Counted from the first letter of the stretch, positions 38,545-50,057 are shown. The stretch: DNA of 64,000 nucleotides from Ulvibacterium sp. (GCF_965228935.1 NZ_OZ245846.1:1264528-1328527), one strand, 5' to 3'. Numbers and translations are program-made. Notes: a model not told the origin generated them from the sequence alone.

Positions 38545-39984
38545 TTATACCTTTTTCAAAGACATAAAGGTCTTCTGGAAACTTGACTTACCAGATTCAC
38601 ATACCGGACAGACGTAGGTTTCCGGAAGCTTCTCAAATGAAATGCCGGCATGTATTCCATTTTTTTCATCCCCCAAAGCCTCATCGTAAATGGTAAGACA
38701 TAGGGTACATTGGAATGCTTGGATTGCAACGGTTTCTTCTTCCAAGACCTCCTTGGACGTTTGCCCACCCTCTCCCAATTGTCCGAAATATTTTTTGCTA
38801 AGTTCCATTAATAGGCCGGGAAGCTCTACTTTGTCCACATCCTGTGCATAGGAAATATAGGTTTGCGTATTGGGGTCAAAGGCCTCATAGTGCAATACAT
38901 TGTATGTGGGTCGTATTTTAAAATCCTTTACTATGGTAGGGGACAGGTTTTTTTCAATGATTACCGAAGCGAAGTGTGAGCGCTTGCCTACATCGTTACT
39001 TATCCCAAAGGTTAGGCCGTACGTGCTGATGTCGTTTTCATCAAAATTGCGGACCAAAAACTTTTTCAGTTCAAAGGCATCGTTATCGCCCACCGGTAAA
39101 TGCCAGTTCATTTCCAGTTGTGAATGACGCACATTGATTCCGCGTTGCCCAATAAAACGCTCCAGTTCGGATCGGTGCTGTTGTTTAATGCCTTTTACGA
39201 CAAAGGATTTCCACGGGGTGATGCATATCTTTCCGATACTGTGGTCCAAACAAAATCCGCAGAAGTCTTTTAGAAACTGTAGGTCATAGCGATTGTTTCT
39301 CCAATACAGCCCCAACCAATATTGGTCAATGCCCATGCGGTTCATCCCCTCATAGTAAGGGAAGGTCAAATATGGGATTTCTAAATTCTTTTCCATACTC
39401 TTGTTGTTGGTATCTATGGTCTTATTGAGAAGGGCAAACAGGGAATCCAAATCCTCCACTGTATCTAACAGCGCTTCAATTGTCCTTGAAATCATGACAA
39501 TATCCCAGCTGTATATCAAAACGGGATAGTATCCAGAAATCCCAACATTGGGAATATCGATGTATAGATACCAATAATCTTCCTGCTCCGAAGCGATAAA
39601 GTTGAGGTTCCCGCTGAATAGGGGTACCAATCGCTGTCTGGGGTCGGTAATGTTTATTTTTAGTTTGGGCAAGTAATTAAACGCTTCCAAAATGTACAAG
39701 TAGGTAGAACCTTTGAGCCAATAGGTCATCTCAAAAATATCGGCGGAAACATAGGACGAAACAATATTCTGGTAACTTCTATCATCTATAATATCCGTAT
39801 TGTACTTCGTGATATTTTCCAGGGAAGTTTCATCATGGGTATTTAATGGAAACAAAAGATCTTGCCGGGAACCGAAATACACCTCGTTTAGGCCTGCAGC
39901 CTCTAACATGGCAATACTGTCCTTCAATTCCCCAGGGGAGGTGACCCCTCCTTTAATCAATATGCGGTGTAGATCGTCGTTCAT
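38545..39984 (-). CDS. Rubredoxin-domain-containing protein, adjacent and probably accessory to the nitrate reductase.
   Basis: C-terminal rubredoxin motif CTLC...YVCPVCESGK. Confidence 0.55.
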   Translation of the reverse strand: MNDDLHRILIKGGVTSPGELKDSIAMLEAAGLNEVYFGSRQDLLFPLNTHDETSLENITKYNTDIIDDRSYQNIVSSYVSADIFEMTYWLKGSTYLYILEAFNYLPKLKINITDPRQRLVPLFSGNLNFIASEQEDYWYLYIDIPNVGISGYYPVLIYSWDIVMISRTIEALLDTVEDLDSLFALLNKTIDTNNKSMEKNLEIPYLTFPYYEGMNRMGIDQYWLGLYWRNNRYDLQFLKDFCGFCLDHSIGKICITPWKSFVVKGIKQQHRSELERFIGQRGINVRHSQLEMNWHLPVGDNDAFELKKFLVRNFDENDISTYGLTFGISNDVGKRSHFASVIIEKNLSPTIVKDFKIRPTYNVLHYEAFDPNTQTYISYAQDVDKVELPGLLMELSKKYFGQLGEGGQTSKEVLEEETVAIQAFQCTLCLTIYDEALGDEKNGIHAGISFEKLPETYVCPVCESGKSSFQKTFMSLKKV

Positions 39985-39994
39985 GCCTCAATAT

Positions 39995-42900
39995 TTATGA
40001 CAATGCAGCTTTGAATTCAACATCTATAAGTGCTTTTACTTCGGGCTTGCAACTACCACAGCCCAGGCCTGCCCCGGTTTCGGAACATAATTTTGAGAAA
40101 TCGGAGCACCCGTTGCGGAGTGCCTCTTGAATGTTCCCTTCACCTACTTGGGCACAGGAGCAGACCAGCTTGCCTTTTAAAGGTTGGGTGTTTGGGGCTC
40201 CTCGTAAAAGTTCGTTGCGCTTTTCGGATAGTTCAATTTCTTCCTCTATCATTCTTTTGAACTCGGCAAACTCGTTCTTGTCTCCCATTAAAATGGTTCC
40301 CTTAAGGGTGTCGTTTTTAACGATGCATTTTTTGTAGAAACGCTTTCGCACATCCATTAGAATGATCTCCTCATAGGAACTATCATGGGCTGGTGCATTG
40401 ACCATACCAATGCTACAAAGATCCAAATCCTCAAATTTCAGGATGTTCATCGACACGGATCCGGAATAGATGCTGGACAAATCGCCTAAAATGAAATTGG
40501 CCGCGATATCGGCTTGTTGCTCAGCGGCCGAAGTAATGCCGAAAAGGGAATTTTCAAATTCCGCTATCTCCCCCAAGGCAAAGATATCTGGACGGCTCGT
40601 CTGCAAATACGAATTCACCAATACCCCTCTTCGCGTTTCCAAATCAGCTTGCTTGGCCAATTCTATATTGGGACGGGTGCCAATGGCATATACAATGGCA
40701 TTGCAGCTTATGGTACGTCCGGTTTTTAGGCTTACCAACAGGGAATGTTTGCGCTGGGCATCCTCAAAAACAGTACTTACCTCATTGTCGAAATAGAGAT
40801 GAATACCACGTTCTGCCACGTCTTCGGCAAGCAGGCGGCTGGCCACGGGATCTAGCTGACGTTCCATTAGACGGGGTGCCCGTTGGATTATACTAATGTT
40901 GATATCGATCTTTTTGAGTGAGGCGGCAAGCTCCAACCCCAAAAGCCCTCCGCCTACAATGACCACATGTTGTTCCGTGGGAGGAAGCCCGGTCTCGTAT
41001 AGGTAGCGTTTTAAGTTGTCCGCATCACTACGTTCCCGCATGGTGAATCTTCCTGGCAGGCCCATTCGCACTTCATTGGGGACAAAGGCCCTACTACCTG
41101 TAGCCATCACCAAAAGGTCATATCCATGTTGGTTGCCATGGTCATCCACTACGTATTTCTTTTGGGCATTGACTTCTGTAATTCCGTTGCCTGGATAAAG
41201 ATCTACACCCAGCTTTTCCAGCTCTCCTTGTTTCAGCTTTTGCAGGGCTTCCCAGGGCAACTCTTCATTTACATATTCAGGAAGCAATACCCTATTGTAA
41301 AATGGGTAGGGCTCTTTGGAAAAGACATGTAGTTCATCCGTTTCATTTTTTTCGCGATATGAACGTATAAAGCGGTATGCCGCCGCTCCAGCTCCGATAA
41401 CAACAATTTTTTGTTTCGGTTTTATATATTTTTCCACCCGGACGGCGCAATATTTGAAATCGGGTTCCTTGGAAATCGGGTCTACCAAATCGTTGGTCAA
41501 ATTATTGGCCCGGCTAAAATCGTTATTTAGCACTTTTCCCCAATGCATGGGAAGGAAGACCACCTTTTCGCGGATATTGAAATTGATTTTCACCTTTACG
41601 CGCACACTGCCTCTACGACTTTTTACAATTGCCATATCACCTTCTTGTAGCCCCAAAAGAAAGGCATCCACTGTGTTCATTTCCAGAAAGGGGGTCGGTA
41701 TGTGCGTCAGCAGGCGTTTTACCTTACCCGTTTTGGTTCGGGTATGCCATTGGTCCCGAACCCTTCCCGTATTCAATATCAATGGGTATTCACTATCGGT
41801 TTGCTCGGATTGGTTATACAGTTTTTTGGGAGCATTGAAATGTGCCCTGCCATCCGCGGTATGGTAGCGTTGGTCCTGAAACAATCTAGGAGTGCCCTTG
41901 TGGGCTTTATGGGGAACGGGCCATTGAAAGCTACCTTCTCGTTTAAGGCGGTCGTACGATAATCCGGATATATCGATATTGGTACCTTTGGTCATTAGGC
42001 AATATTCGTCGTATACCTCGCTGGCGCTGGTATAATCAAAACCATGATAGCCCATTTCTTGGGCAAATCGCCATAGGATTTCGGCATCGGGCAAGGCTTC
42101 CCCTGGCGCATCAACGACCTTGGGCAGGTAACTGATACGACGTTCGGAATTGGTCATTGTACCTTCTTTCTCCAGCCATCCGGCTGCCGGCAACAATAAA
42201 TCGGCATATTTGGTAGTCTCGGAATTATGTGAGATGTCCTGAACAATGACAAAATTGGCTTTTTTCAGGGCAGCCTCGACTTTATGGGCGTTGGGCATAC
42301 TCACTACCGGATTGGTACAGATGATCCAAATGGCTTTGAGCGTACCTTTTTCAAGTGCATCGAACATTTCGGTCGCGGTTAGACCGGCTTCTTTTTTAAT
42401 GGGCTTTCCGCCCCAAAACTCTTCTACTTCCTTGCGGTGTTTTTCATTGGCCAAATTACGATGGGCCGCTAATAGGCTGGCCATACCCCCCACTTCGCGA
42501 CCACCCATGGCATTGGGTTGCCCCGTAAGCGAAAAAGGACCGGAACCGGGTTTGCCAATATGCCCGGTCAAGAGGGATAGGTTCAGCAATGATACGTTCT
42601 TATCGACCCCGATAACGCTCTGGTTGAGCCCCATCGTCCACATGCTGATAAATCCTTTAGCGTTGCCGATGGCCCTAGCGGCTTTTCGGATATCGTCTAT
42701 AGGAATACCGCATTTTTTGGCTGCCTCATGAAGCGTTAGTTCAAATGCACTTTGCTTACAGGCCTCAAAGTTTGAAGTGTGTTTTTTGATAAATGTCAAG
42801 TCGATTTTTTTCTTCTCGATTAACCAACGGGCTATGGCATTGAACAGGATTACATCGGTACCGGGCAGTAGTTGTAAATGGATGTCCGCCAATGCACAGG

Positions 42901-43528
42901 TCTGGGTTTTTCTGGGGTCTACTACAATTATTTTGATATTGGGGTTTTCTTCCTTGTGCCTTTCCAACCTACGGAACAAAATAGGGTGGCACCATGCGGG
43001 GTTTGCCCCTGCAATCAAAAAGCAATCGGCCAGTTCAATGTCCGCGTAGGAAATAGGTACAGCGTCTTCACCCACGGTTTTTTTATATCCCATTACGGCA
43101 GAGCTCATACACAAGCGCGAATTCGTATCAATATTGTTGGTGCCTATAAAGCCTTTGGTCAATTTGTTGGCCAGATAGTATTCTTCGGTAAGACATTGAC
43201 CCGAAACATAAAATCCCACACTGTCGGGGCCGTGTTTTTCAATGATGCTTCCAAACACGGCGGCCGCCCTTTTTAGGGCAGTATCCCATGTTACACGTTC
43301 CAGGGAATGGTTACGGCTCCACCGCATTTCGGGATAGCGTATGCGGTCGCCGGTATCTTGGACTACGTAGTTTAGGTTCTTTCCCTTGGAACAGAGCATC
43401 CCCTTGTTTACCGGGTAGTTCTCGTTACCCTCAACGGAAAGTACCCCCTTGGTATCCTTGGTAACGGTTATTCCGCAGCCTACCCCACAATAGGAGCATA
43501 TGGTGTTATGACTTTCTTTTTTCTGCAT
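39995..43528 (-). CDS. nasA: Assimilatory nitrate reductase NasA fused to a NAD(P)H-dependent FAD oxidoreductase (NirB/NasB-like) module and BFD-like [2Fe-2S] domains.
   Basis: N-terminal 4Fe-4S motif CSYCGVGCGITV of molybdopterin oxidoreductases. MopB core and molybdopterin dinucleotide-binding region. FAD/NAD(P) Rossmann folds VVIGAGAAAY and VVIVGGGLLGLE. C-terminal CSCAQV...GCGSC. Confidence 0.85.
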   Translation of the reverse strand: MQKKESHNTICSYCGVGCGITVTKDTKGVLSVEGNENYPVNKGMLCSKGKNLNYVVQDTGDRIRYPEMRWSRNHSLERVTWDTALKRAAAVFGSIIEKHGPDSVGFYVSGQCLTEEYYLANKLTKGFIGTNNIDTNSRLCMSSAVMGYKKTVGEDAVPISYADIELADCFLIAGANPAWCHPILFRRLERHKEENPNIKIIVVDPRKTQTCALADIHLQLLPGTDVILFNAIARWLIEKKKIDLTFIKKHTSNFEACKQSAFELTLHEAAKKCGIPIDDIRKAARAIGNAKGFISMWTMGLNQSVIGVDKNVSLLNLSLLTGHIGKPGSGPFSLTGQPNAMGGREVGGMASLLAAHRNLANEKHRKEVEEFWGGKPIKKEAGLTATEMFDALEKGTLKAIWIICTNPVVSMPNAHKVEAALKKANFVIVQDISHNSETTKYADLLLPAAGWLEKEGTMTNSERRISYLPKVVDAPGEALPDAEILWRFAQEMGYHGFDYTSASEVYDEYCLMTKGTNIDISGLSYDRLKREGSFQWPVPHKAHKGTPRLFQDQRYHTADGRAHFNAPKKLYNQSEQTDSEYPLILNTGRVRDQWHTRTKTGKVKRLLTHIPTPFLEMNTVDAFLLGLQEGDMAIVKSRRGSVRVKVKINFNIREKVVFLPMHWGKVLNNDFSRANNLTNDLVDPISKEPDFKYCAVRVEKYIKPKQKIVVIGAGAAAYRFIRSYREKNETDELHVFSKEPYPFYNRVLLPEYVNEELPWEALQKLKQGELEKLGVDLYPGNGITEVNAQKKYVVDDHGNQHGYDLLVMATGSRAFVPNEVRMGLPGRFTMRERSDADNLKRYLYETGLPPTEQHVVIVGGGLLGLELAASLKKIDINISIIQRAPRLMERQLDPVASRLLAEDVAERGIHLYFDNEVSTVFEDAQRKHSLLVSLKTGRTISCNAIVYAIGTRPNIELAKQADLETRRGVLVNSYLQTSRPDIFALGEIAEFENSLFGITSAAEQQADIAANFILGDLSSIYSGSVSMNILKFEDLDLCSIGMVNAPAHDSSYEEIILMDVRKRFYKKCIVKNDTLKGTILMGDKNEFAEFKRMIEEEIELSEKRNELLRGAPNTQPLKGKLVCSCAQVGEGNIQEALRNGCSDFSKLCSETGAGLGCGSCKPEVKALIDVEFKAALS

Positions 43529-43574
43529 TCGATAGGAAAAAAAGCTCCCTTTTAAATGAGAAAATTAGAAATTT

Positions 43575-43594
43575 ACGTAGTAATACGTAGTAAG
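43575..43594. promoter_or_regulatory. Tandem direct repeat TACGTAGTAA-TACGTAGTAA upstream of nasA. Candidate operator of the nitrate-assimilation regulon.
   Basis: Read directly. Related TACGTA pairs occur at 50058-50076, 50097-50105, 51078-51087 and 51112-51130, and a single copy at 45771-45779. Confidence 0.45.
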
Positions 43595-43659
43595 AATATA
43601 GTAAAAGTATGGGCTTAAACCGAAGGATTCGTAATAATTCGCCCTTAATTTTGATAGGT

Positions 43660-44352
43660 TCAAACTTGCACCAATCGATGCTTTCTCGCTTTTTTGGAAA
43701 GATCCATCAAATTTTTCACCTGCATTTTTTTCATGAGGTTAAACCTATGGGTTTCTATGGTGCGCTTACTGTTCTGGAGTTTTTCGGAAATCTCTTTGTT
43801 GGTAAATCCGGCAAGAACCAATTCCAGTACCTGTAGCTCTTTGTTGGTAAGATCAAAAGGGATGTCCTTATCCTTTTTTGAAAGCTGAGGTGTTACTTGA
43901 TTTTTTGGGCTGATTATATTGTTGACCAATACATTTGAAATATCCCCACTGAAGTATTTTCCACCATCCTGAACGGCATGGATGGCCTTTAAGAATTCGT
44001 TTTTGTCCGTGTCCTTTAGAAGATATCCCGAAGCGCCCGCTTGAACGGACTTTAGAATATATTCCTCAGAATCATGCATGGATAGAATAATACATTTGGT
44101 TTCGGCCGCCTGGGATTTATTTAACCGCTCTACCGTTTCAATTCCACCAAGTTCGGGCATCCGAATGTCAATGATTAAAATATCCGGAGTCTTTTCGCTT
44201 ACCATTTCCAAGGCCTCATAGCCGTTGGATACCTCTCCTACGACCTCCATATCCGATTCTTCTTCCAATAACGCCCTGATACCATCTCGGACCAAGGCAT
44301 GGTCATCTGCAAGAATAATTTTGATCGTATTGCCTTGGTCAGGTTCGGACAT
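43660..44352 (-). CDS. NarL/LuxR-family two-component response regulator.
   Basis: REC domain (IILADDHALVRDGIRALL...DILIIDIRMPEL) plus a C-terminal LuxR HTH (LTNKELQVLELVLAGFTNKEISEKL). Confidence 0.85.
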   Translation of the reverse strand: MSEPDQGNTIKIILADDHALVRDGIRALLEEESDMEVVGEVSNGYEALEMVSEKTPDILIIDIRMPELGGIETVERLNKSQAAETKCIILSMHDSEEYILKSVQAGASGYLLKDTDKNEFLKAIHAVQDGGKYFSGDISNVLVNNIISPKNQVTPQLSKKDKDIPFDLTNKELQVLELVLAGFTNKEISEKLQNSKRTIETHRFNLMKKMQVKNLMDLSKKARKHRLVQV

Positions 44353-44451
44353 AGTACAAAAATAACGGATTTTGTTCAGGTTTTACAAAACACAAAGGAT
44401 CACCCCGACAGTTTAGTCGACATGACCCTTGCGAAGCAAAGCTTTTTAGTA

Positions 44452-45768
44452 TTATTTATCCGATTTTGCCGTTGTGAAGAGGGTGGGTTTTATAATGATC
44501 ATGGCCCAAGCCCAGTTTTGTGAACCTTTGAAATCCACAGGTTCCGTAGCACCCAAACGGGCGATTTCCAATTCTTCCAATCCATCTGCGGCAAATAATT
44601 GGGAATACCCTATTTGAAGTGCAAAATCCTTGAATTTTTGGGTCAATACCAGATCCAGTTCGGTACCAAGGCCGCTTTCCCCACTCGGGGTATCTTCCAT
44701 GCCCTGAAAACTCATCAACTTTGAAAAAAGCGTTGTTTTTTCACCTAACTTAAAGGTTGCACTGGCATGGATATCCAAGAGACCAACGTTGTTGATCCAG
44801 TTACCGACGTAAAAATGATCCATAAATCCATTGAACTTATGGTTGGTGCCAAAATGAGGTAAGAATGCTTCCGTACCCCCGGTAGATGGATCATCCCCAC
44901 TAATGGCTTCGATACCAAGCCCTAATTTGGTTTTTGGACTTACGCTATAAGATGCTTCCAACCCTAATAGATAGGCTCCATCGATATCAATCCCTGTAAC
45001 AAATTCCCCGGTCTGTAGGAATGCGTTTCCCTCTAAACCAAACTTTCCTTTTTTGTAAGTCAAGTGGGTGCCCGCCGTAAACGTATTTCTTATGTCGCTA
45101 GCGTCACCTGTTTCCGTATCGATTTGTTGGAACCCTAAATTGGCCAGGACTAGACTAGCACTAAACGCCTTGAATTCTTTCTTGGCATAAAGATGCTGCA
45201 TGGTCTTGTATTGAAAAGGGTTGGCCGAATTGAACTCGGTCCCGGAATTTTTGAAACCGAACAATGGTCCACCAAGGTTATCCAAATCTTGATTGAATGC
45301 CAAACCTACATCCAGCATAAAGCCTTCCTGACGAAACTTGATCATCGCTAAATCATGGTATCGTCCTTGCTGCGCCCAGTCCAATCCGCCAAAATAACGC
45401 TGATCATCATAGGACAGTACCTGGCGGCCCAATTTTGTTGACCACCCGCCACCAAATTGCAATTCGCCCCACGCTTCAAATAGAGAAAAGGAGTTGTTCC
45501 CATCCACAGGAACAAGCTGTGGGTTTTCACCCCAAATTTGAACATCTTGGACATTAAGATATATCTGATATGTTTCGGTTTTAAAACCTACTCCGATCCT
45601 TGCTCTGGTATTTGTTACAAAGCCGGCGTCGACTCCTTCCCGCTGTAGGAACTGAAAACCGTTTCTGTACTCGGTTCTTGGCCTAAATTGCGCATCCAGA
45701 CTAAACTGTGCAGATATAGACTGAACCGATAGGATAACTAGGATAAATAAACTATAACCTCTTTTCAT
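44452..45768 (-). CDS. Outer-membrane beta-barrel porin (alginate-export / AlgE-like family), probably for nitrate/nitrite uptake.
   Basis: Signal peptide MKRGYSLFILVILSVQSISAQ. Alternating amphipathic beta-strand composition ending in an aromatic C-terminus. Sits inside the nitrate-assimilation cluster. Confidence 0.55.
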   Translation of the reverse strand: MKRGYSLFILVILSVQSISAQFSLDAQFRPRTEYRNGFQFLQREGVDAGFVTNTRARIGVGFKTETYQIYLNVQDVQIWGENPQLVPVDGNNSFSLFEAWGELQFGGGWSTKLGRQVLSYDDQRYFGGLDWAQQGRYHDLAMIKFRQEGFMLDVGLAFNQDLDNLGGPLFGFKNSGTEFNSANPFQYKTMQHLYAKKEFKAFSASLVLANLGFQQIDTETGDASDIRNTFTAGTHLTYKKGKFGLEGNAFLQTGEFVTGIDIDGAYLLGLEASYSVSPKTKLGLGIEAISGDDPSTGGTEAFLPHFGTNHKFNGFMDHFYVGNWINNVGLLDIHASATFKLGEKTTLFSKLMSFQGMEDTPSGESGLGTELDLVLTQKFKDFALQIGYSQLFAADGLEELEIARLGATEPVDFKGSQNWAWAMIIIKPTLFTTAKSDK

Positions 45769-45770
45769 AA

Positions 45771-45779
45771 TACGTAGTT
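45771..45779. promoter_or_regulatory. Single ATACGTAGT copy upstream of the porin gene.
   Basis: Read directly. Same core as the tandem motifs elsewhere in the cluster. Confidence 0.25.
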
Positions 45780-45797
45780 TTAGGTGGTTATTCTTTT

Positions 45798-46631
45798 TTA
45801 ATGTTCCAAAAAGTCAATTAGGTGTTTCCGGTATTTGTAGTAATCGTCATGCTCCAATACCGCTTTTCTAGTTCGCGGACGTTCAAAGTTTATGGTAAGG
45901 ACGTCCCCAATTTTGGCACGTGGGCCACTGGTCATCATAACCACCCGATCCGCTAGGAAGATGGCCTCGTCCACATCGTGTGTGATCATGACCGCCGTAA
46001 TCTTTTCCTTGTTCCAGATTTCGATGAGGATATCCTGTAGCTCACCACGCGTTAGTGAATCGAGCATCCCAAATGGCTCGTCAAGCAGTAATACCTTGGG
46101 CTTGATGGCAAAGGCCCGTGCAATGCCCACACGCTGCTGCATTCCTTGTGAGAGCTCGTTGGCTTTTTTGTCAAAAGCGTTCCCAAGTCCTACTTTATGC
46201 AGGTAGTATTTGGCAATGTCCTTACGCTGTGCTTTTGTGGCATGTGGGAATACGCGATTTACACCCAGCAATACATTTTGTAGTGCGGTCATCCAGGGCA
46301 TCAAACTGGGCGACTGAAAAATGACCCCGCGATCGGGCCCGGGCCCCTTAATGGCATTGCCCAGTACGGCGATATTTCCTTCAGAGATGGGATTGAGCCC
46401 CGCTATCATGGATAACATGGTTGTTTTGCCGCATCCGGAATGACCGATAATTGTCACAAACTCTTCCTTTAGGATCTGAAGGTTGAGATGTTCCAGTACC
46501 ACATAGTCACCTTTTGGGGTGGGATACACTTTTTTTAGGTCGCGCAAATCGAGCATCACCTTATCCGAAGGAAATGAAATACCATTTTCGTGCGTTTCTT
46601 TTGCCGTAATCTCCTTAACTACCATAACCAT
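45798..46631 (-). CDS. nrtD: Nitrate/sulfonate/bicarbonate-type ABC transporter ATP-binding protein.
   Basis: Walker A GHSGCGKTT. Signature LSQGMQQRV. Walker B LLLDEP. Confidence 0.8.
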   Translation of the reverse strand: MVMVVKEITAKETHENGISFPSDKVMLDLRDLKKVYPTPKGDYVVLEHLNLQILKEEFVTIIGHSGCGKTTMLSMIAGLNPISEGNIAVLGNAIKGPGPDRGVIFQSPSLMPWMTALQNVLLGVNRVFPHATKAQRKDIAKYYLHKVGLGNAFDKKANELSQGMQQRVGIARAFAIKPKVLLLDEPFGMLDSLTRGELQDILIEIWNKEKITAVMITHDVDEAIFLADRVVMMTSGPRAKIGDVLTINFERPRTRKAVLEHDDYYKYRKHLIDFLEH

Positions 46632-46636
46632 TGTTT

Positions 46637-47500
46637 TTAGGCCACAAAACTTTTTGGAGTCAGTTCGGGCAATTCATAGATTTCCTGGGATACTGCTTTG
46701 CGCTCTTCTCCGATACCCATTAGATATTCGATAATGGCATTTCTCGTCTTTTTATAGACCGGATTATCATTTAATGCAGTTTTATCCCTTGGACGCCCGA
46801 TGTCGATTTTGAATTCCGGCCCCAAGGTCGCCCTTGGTCCGGGGCGTAATGGAATAATACGGTCTGCCATATAAATCCCTTCGTCCACATCATTGGTTAT
46901 AAGCAGGGCGGTACGCTTGTCCTGGCTCCAAATTTTTAAGATTTCGTCCTGAAGATTACCACGTGTGAGGGCGTCCAAAGCCCCCAAAGGTTCGTCCATA
47001 ATGATCATCTCCGGGTTCATGGCCAAGGCCCGGGCTACGGCTACACGCTGCCGCATACCTCCGGATAGTTCCTTAGGCCTTTTGTTGATGGCAGCTGATA
47101 GGTTTACCATTTCAACGTAACGGGCTACCCTTTCTTTTCTGAAACTTTTCTTTTCTCTAGGGAATGCTTCCTTTACGGCCATGGCCACATTTTGCCCAAC
47201 GTTCAACCAGGGTAATAAGGAATAGTTTTGAAAGATTACTCCACGATCGTGACTTGTGCCCACCACAGGCTTTCCTTTAAAAAGGACCTCTCCACTGGTT
47301 GGTCGTAATAATCCATTGATCAAGTTTACCAATGTGGTCTTGCCACTTCCGGTAAAACCTACAATGGCCACAAACTCTCCCTCTTCGATGTTCAGGTTGA
47401 TATTGGTCAAGACCTCCGTGGCCTGTTTTCCTTCCCCGTATGTTTTATGGATGTTCTTTATTTCCAAATATGCCATGACGTCTTTTTTAAGCTGTTGCAT
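46637..47500 (-). CDS. nrtC: Nitrate ABC transporter ATP-binding protein.
   Basis: Walker [10 protein letters not shown]. Signature LSGGMRQRV. Walker B IIMDEP. Confidence 0.8.
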   Translation of the reverse strand: MQQLKKDVMAYLEIKNIHKTYGEGKQATEVLTNINLNIEEGEFVAIVGFTGSGKTTLVNLINGLLRPTSGEVLFKGKPVVGTSHDRGVIFQNYSLLPWLNVGQNVAMAVKEAFPREKKSFRKERVARYVEMVNLSAAINKRPKELSGGMRQRVAVARALAMNPEMIIMDEPLGALDALTRGNLQDEILKIWSQDKRTALLITNDVDEGIYMADRIIPLRPGPRATLGPEFKIDIGRPRDKTALNDNPVYKKTRNAIIEYLMGIGEERKAVSQEIYELPELTPKSFVA

Positions 47501-48593
47501 TTTTATTAAAGGACACCATGTTTTGAATGGTCAACATGATACGGTCCAGTAGGAAACCAATGATTCCGATAACGAACATGGCCACAATGATCTTGGAGTT
47601 GGAATCGTTGGCTCCGTTCTGGAACTCTTCCCAAACGAAAGACCCCAAACCCGGGCTTTGTGCCAAAAGCTCGATCGCGATTAGGACCATCCATGCGACG
47701 GAAAGCGTAATCCGTAATCCGGTAAAAATCAAGGGTAATGAGGAAGGTAGAATCACTTTGAATACCTTCTGTAGAGGCCCTAACTTTAACACCTTGGCCA
47801 CATTGATGTAATCTTTGTCCACGGATGAAACCCCCATGGCGGTATTGACCAAGGTTGCCCACATGGCACATAGCCCTACGCTAATAAATGATATGATAAA
47901 GGCACTATCCGAATTGGAATCCTTTGTCATTGTTTTTACGATCATGAATACCAAGAGCAACCAAACTACTGGGGAAACGGGCTTGAATACCTGGATTAAC
48001 CAATTGAAGGAATCGCGCAGGGTTTCACTCAGTCCGATTACAATTCCTATCGGTACCGCAATCAGGAAGGCCAATATGAATCCGGCAAAAACAGTTTTTA
48101 AGCTGGTAAAAATCTGATCTACGAAGGAAGGTCGACCTGTGTAGGTGATGGGATCCTTTCCTTCAGCAATACGTTTTTCATTTAAGGCAGCGGTCTTCTC
48201 TTCAAAAGCCAATTTATCGGCACTAATTACCCTGTGGTCCGCAATTAGGGTATTGAAGGATTCCCAAACCTGCGTGGGCGAAGGCAATGTGTTGGGTTGA
48301 CAACTAATGTCACCCGATACGATGCACGCTTGCATGGCGTCTGCAGCTTCTTGCCCTTGATCGGTCAAGGCCTTTTGTATTTTATAATCCGCTTCAATAT
48401 TGTACAGTGCCTTGGCTCCCATATGCCAAAGCCCAACGAAAAGTAAGATGGACATCATGGGTACAACCACCTTCCTCAGTATTGTTCGAAGATCGAACTT
48501 GGGGGTTCTTAGCTTGAATTTGGCCAATGCGGCCTTAACGGCACTACCCAGCTTCAATTCCTGCGTTTTGTTTACGATTACACTTTGCTTCAT
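47487..48593 (-). CDS. nrtB: Nitrate ABC transporter permease.
   Basis: Multi-transmembrane protein. Gene order between the ATPase and binding-protein genes. BPD-type permease composition. Confidence 0.7.
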   Translation of the reverse strand: MKQSVIVNKTQELKLGSAVKAALAKFKLRTPKFDLRTILRKVVVPMMSILLFVGLWHMGAKALYNIEADYKIQKALTDQGQEAADAMQACIVSGDISCQPNTLPSPTQVWESFNTLIADHRVISADKLAFEEKTAALNEKRIAEGKDPITYTGRPSFVDQIFTSLKTVFAGFILAFLIAVPIGIVIGLSETLRDSFNWLIQVFKPVSPVVWLLLVFMIVKTMTKDSNSDSAFIISFISVGLCAMWATLVNTAMGVSSVDKDYINVAKVLKLGPLQKVFKVILPSSLPLIFTGLRITLSVAWMVLIAIELLAQSPGLGSFVWEEFQNGANDSNSKIIVAMFVIGIIGFLLDRIMLTIQNMVSFNKNATA

Positions 48594-48617
48594 AATTGTA
48601 ATTTTACCGTGGGTGTC

Positions 48618-50003
48618 TTATAAGGAGGGCTCCTCTTTATTTCCGATCTTGAAGCTGTTGATATAGCCTATGGGATCCTTGGCATCATAGGTGTTATCAT
48701 CAATAAAATCTGAAGTGGCAGGCTTATATCCATCCGTAACCGGAATGTCAGAGGCTGGAATACGTCCTTCCGCTACCAATAGGTCGGCGGCCTTTTTCCA
48801 GATATCAGGTCGATATATGTCTTTAATCGTCTCTTCGTACCATGCTGCCGGTTTTGGTTCGGGAATCTGCCCCCATCTCCGCATTTGGGTCAAGAACCAG
48901 ATTCCATCGGAATAGAAGGGATAGGTAGCGTTATATTTGTAAAATACATTGAAATCGGGCATGGAACGTTTATCGCCTTTTTCAAATTCAAAGGTTCCTG
49001 TCATGGAATTCGCCAGGACAACCTCATCGGCACCTACGTATTGGGGCATGGAAAGGATTTTCACGGCTTCGGCCCGATTGCTGGGTTCATCCAACCATTT
49101 TCCAGCACGAATCAAGGCTTTGGTCACGGCAATAGCCGTATTTGGATTCTGCTCCACAAACTTTTTGGTCATTACAAATACCTTCTCCGGGTTGTTTTTC
49201 CAGATGTCGTAGTTTGTGGTTACCGGCACGCCAATACCTTTAAATACGGCCTGTTGATTCCAAGGCTCTCCTACGCAGTAACCATAAATAGTCCCAGCTT
49301 CCAAAGTAGCGGGCATTTGCGGCGGCGGGGTAACGGATAGCAATACCTCGGCGTCGATTTGTCCTTGTACGTTATCGGCAGTATACATTCCGGGGTGTAT
49401 GCCCGCAGCGGCCAACCAATAACGGATTTCGTAATTATGCGTGGATACGGGGAATACCATTCCCATTTTAAAGGGTTTCCCACTGTTCTTGTATTCTGAA
49501 ATCACAGACTTCAACGCATCGGCCTTAATGGGATGTAAAGGTTTGCCGTCCGCGCCCGTGGGAACATTGGGTTTCATTTTAGACCATACGTCATTGGACA
49601 CAGTGATTCCATTGCCGTTAAGATCCATAGAAAAAGGGGTAACCAATTCCGCTTGCCTACCAAATCCGGCACCCGCAGCGATGGGTTGCCCGGCCAGCAT
49701 ATGGGATCCGTCCAATTGACCATCGATTACACGATCCAAAACATTTTTCCAGTTTGACTGCGCCTCTACGGACACAAAAAGGCCTTCATCCTCAAAGAAG
49801 CCTTTTTCCTTGGCAATGGCCAAAGGCGCCATGTCTGTCAGTTTAATGAATCCAAAGGTCAATTGAGGCTTCTCTATCTCTAGGGAACCACTGGGTATTT
49901 TGGCCTCGGCCGTTTCTTTCGTTTTTTTCTCGGCCTTTCCACTGCAGCCCATTGCAGCGAGCAAAAGAACTAAGCCAAGGATTTTTGTTACAATTGATTT
50001 CAT
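48618..50003 (-). CDS. nrtA: Nitrate/nitrite ABC transporter substrate-binding lipoprotein.
   Basis: Lipoprotein signal [10 protein letters not shown]. Size and position at the head of the nrtABCD operon. Confidence 0.7.
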   Translation of the reverse strand: MKSIVTKILGLVLLLAAMGCSGKAEKKTKETAEAKIPSGSLEIEKPQLTFGFIKLTDMAPLAIAKEKGFFEDEGLFVSVEAQSNWKNVLDRVIDGQLDGSHMLAGQPIAAGAGFGRQAELVTPFSMDLNGNGITVSNDVWSKMKPNVPTGADGKPLHPIKADALKSVISEYKNSGKPFKMGMVFPVSTHNYEIRYWLAAAGIHPGMYTADNVQGQIDAEVLLSVTPPPQMPATLEAGTIYGYCVGEPWNQQAVFKGIGVPVTTNYDIWKNNPEKVFVMTKKFVEQNPNTAIAVTKALIRAGKWLDEPSNRAEAVKILSMPQYVGADEVVLANSMTGTFEFEKGDKRSMPDFNVFYKYNATYPFYSDGIWFLTQMRRWGQIPEPKPAAWYEETIKDIYRPDIWKKAADLLVAEGRIPASDIPVTDGYKPATSDFIDDNTYDAKDPIGYINSFKIGNKEEPSL

Positions 50004-50057
50004 AATATGTATGTTTTAATGGGTTACTTATTATCACAACAAACATACAGTATTATT

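Noticed and set aside
40030-43276. Numerous 60-183-aa plus-strand ORFs inside nasA, and similarly minus-strand ORFs at 51284-53465 inside nirB.
   Set aside because: They are antisense to long, well-supported genes with clear motifs. High-GC regions generate long spurious frames.
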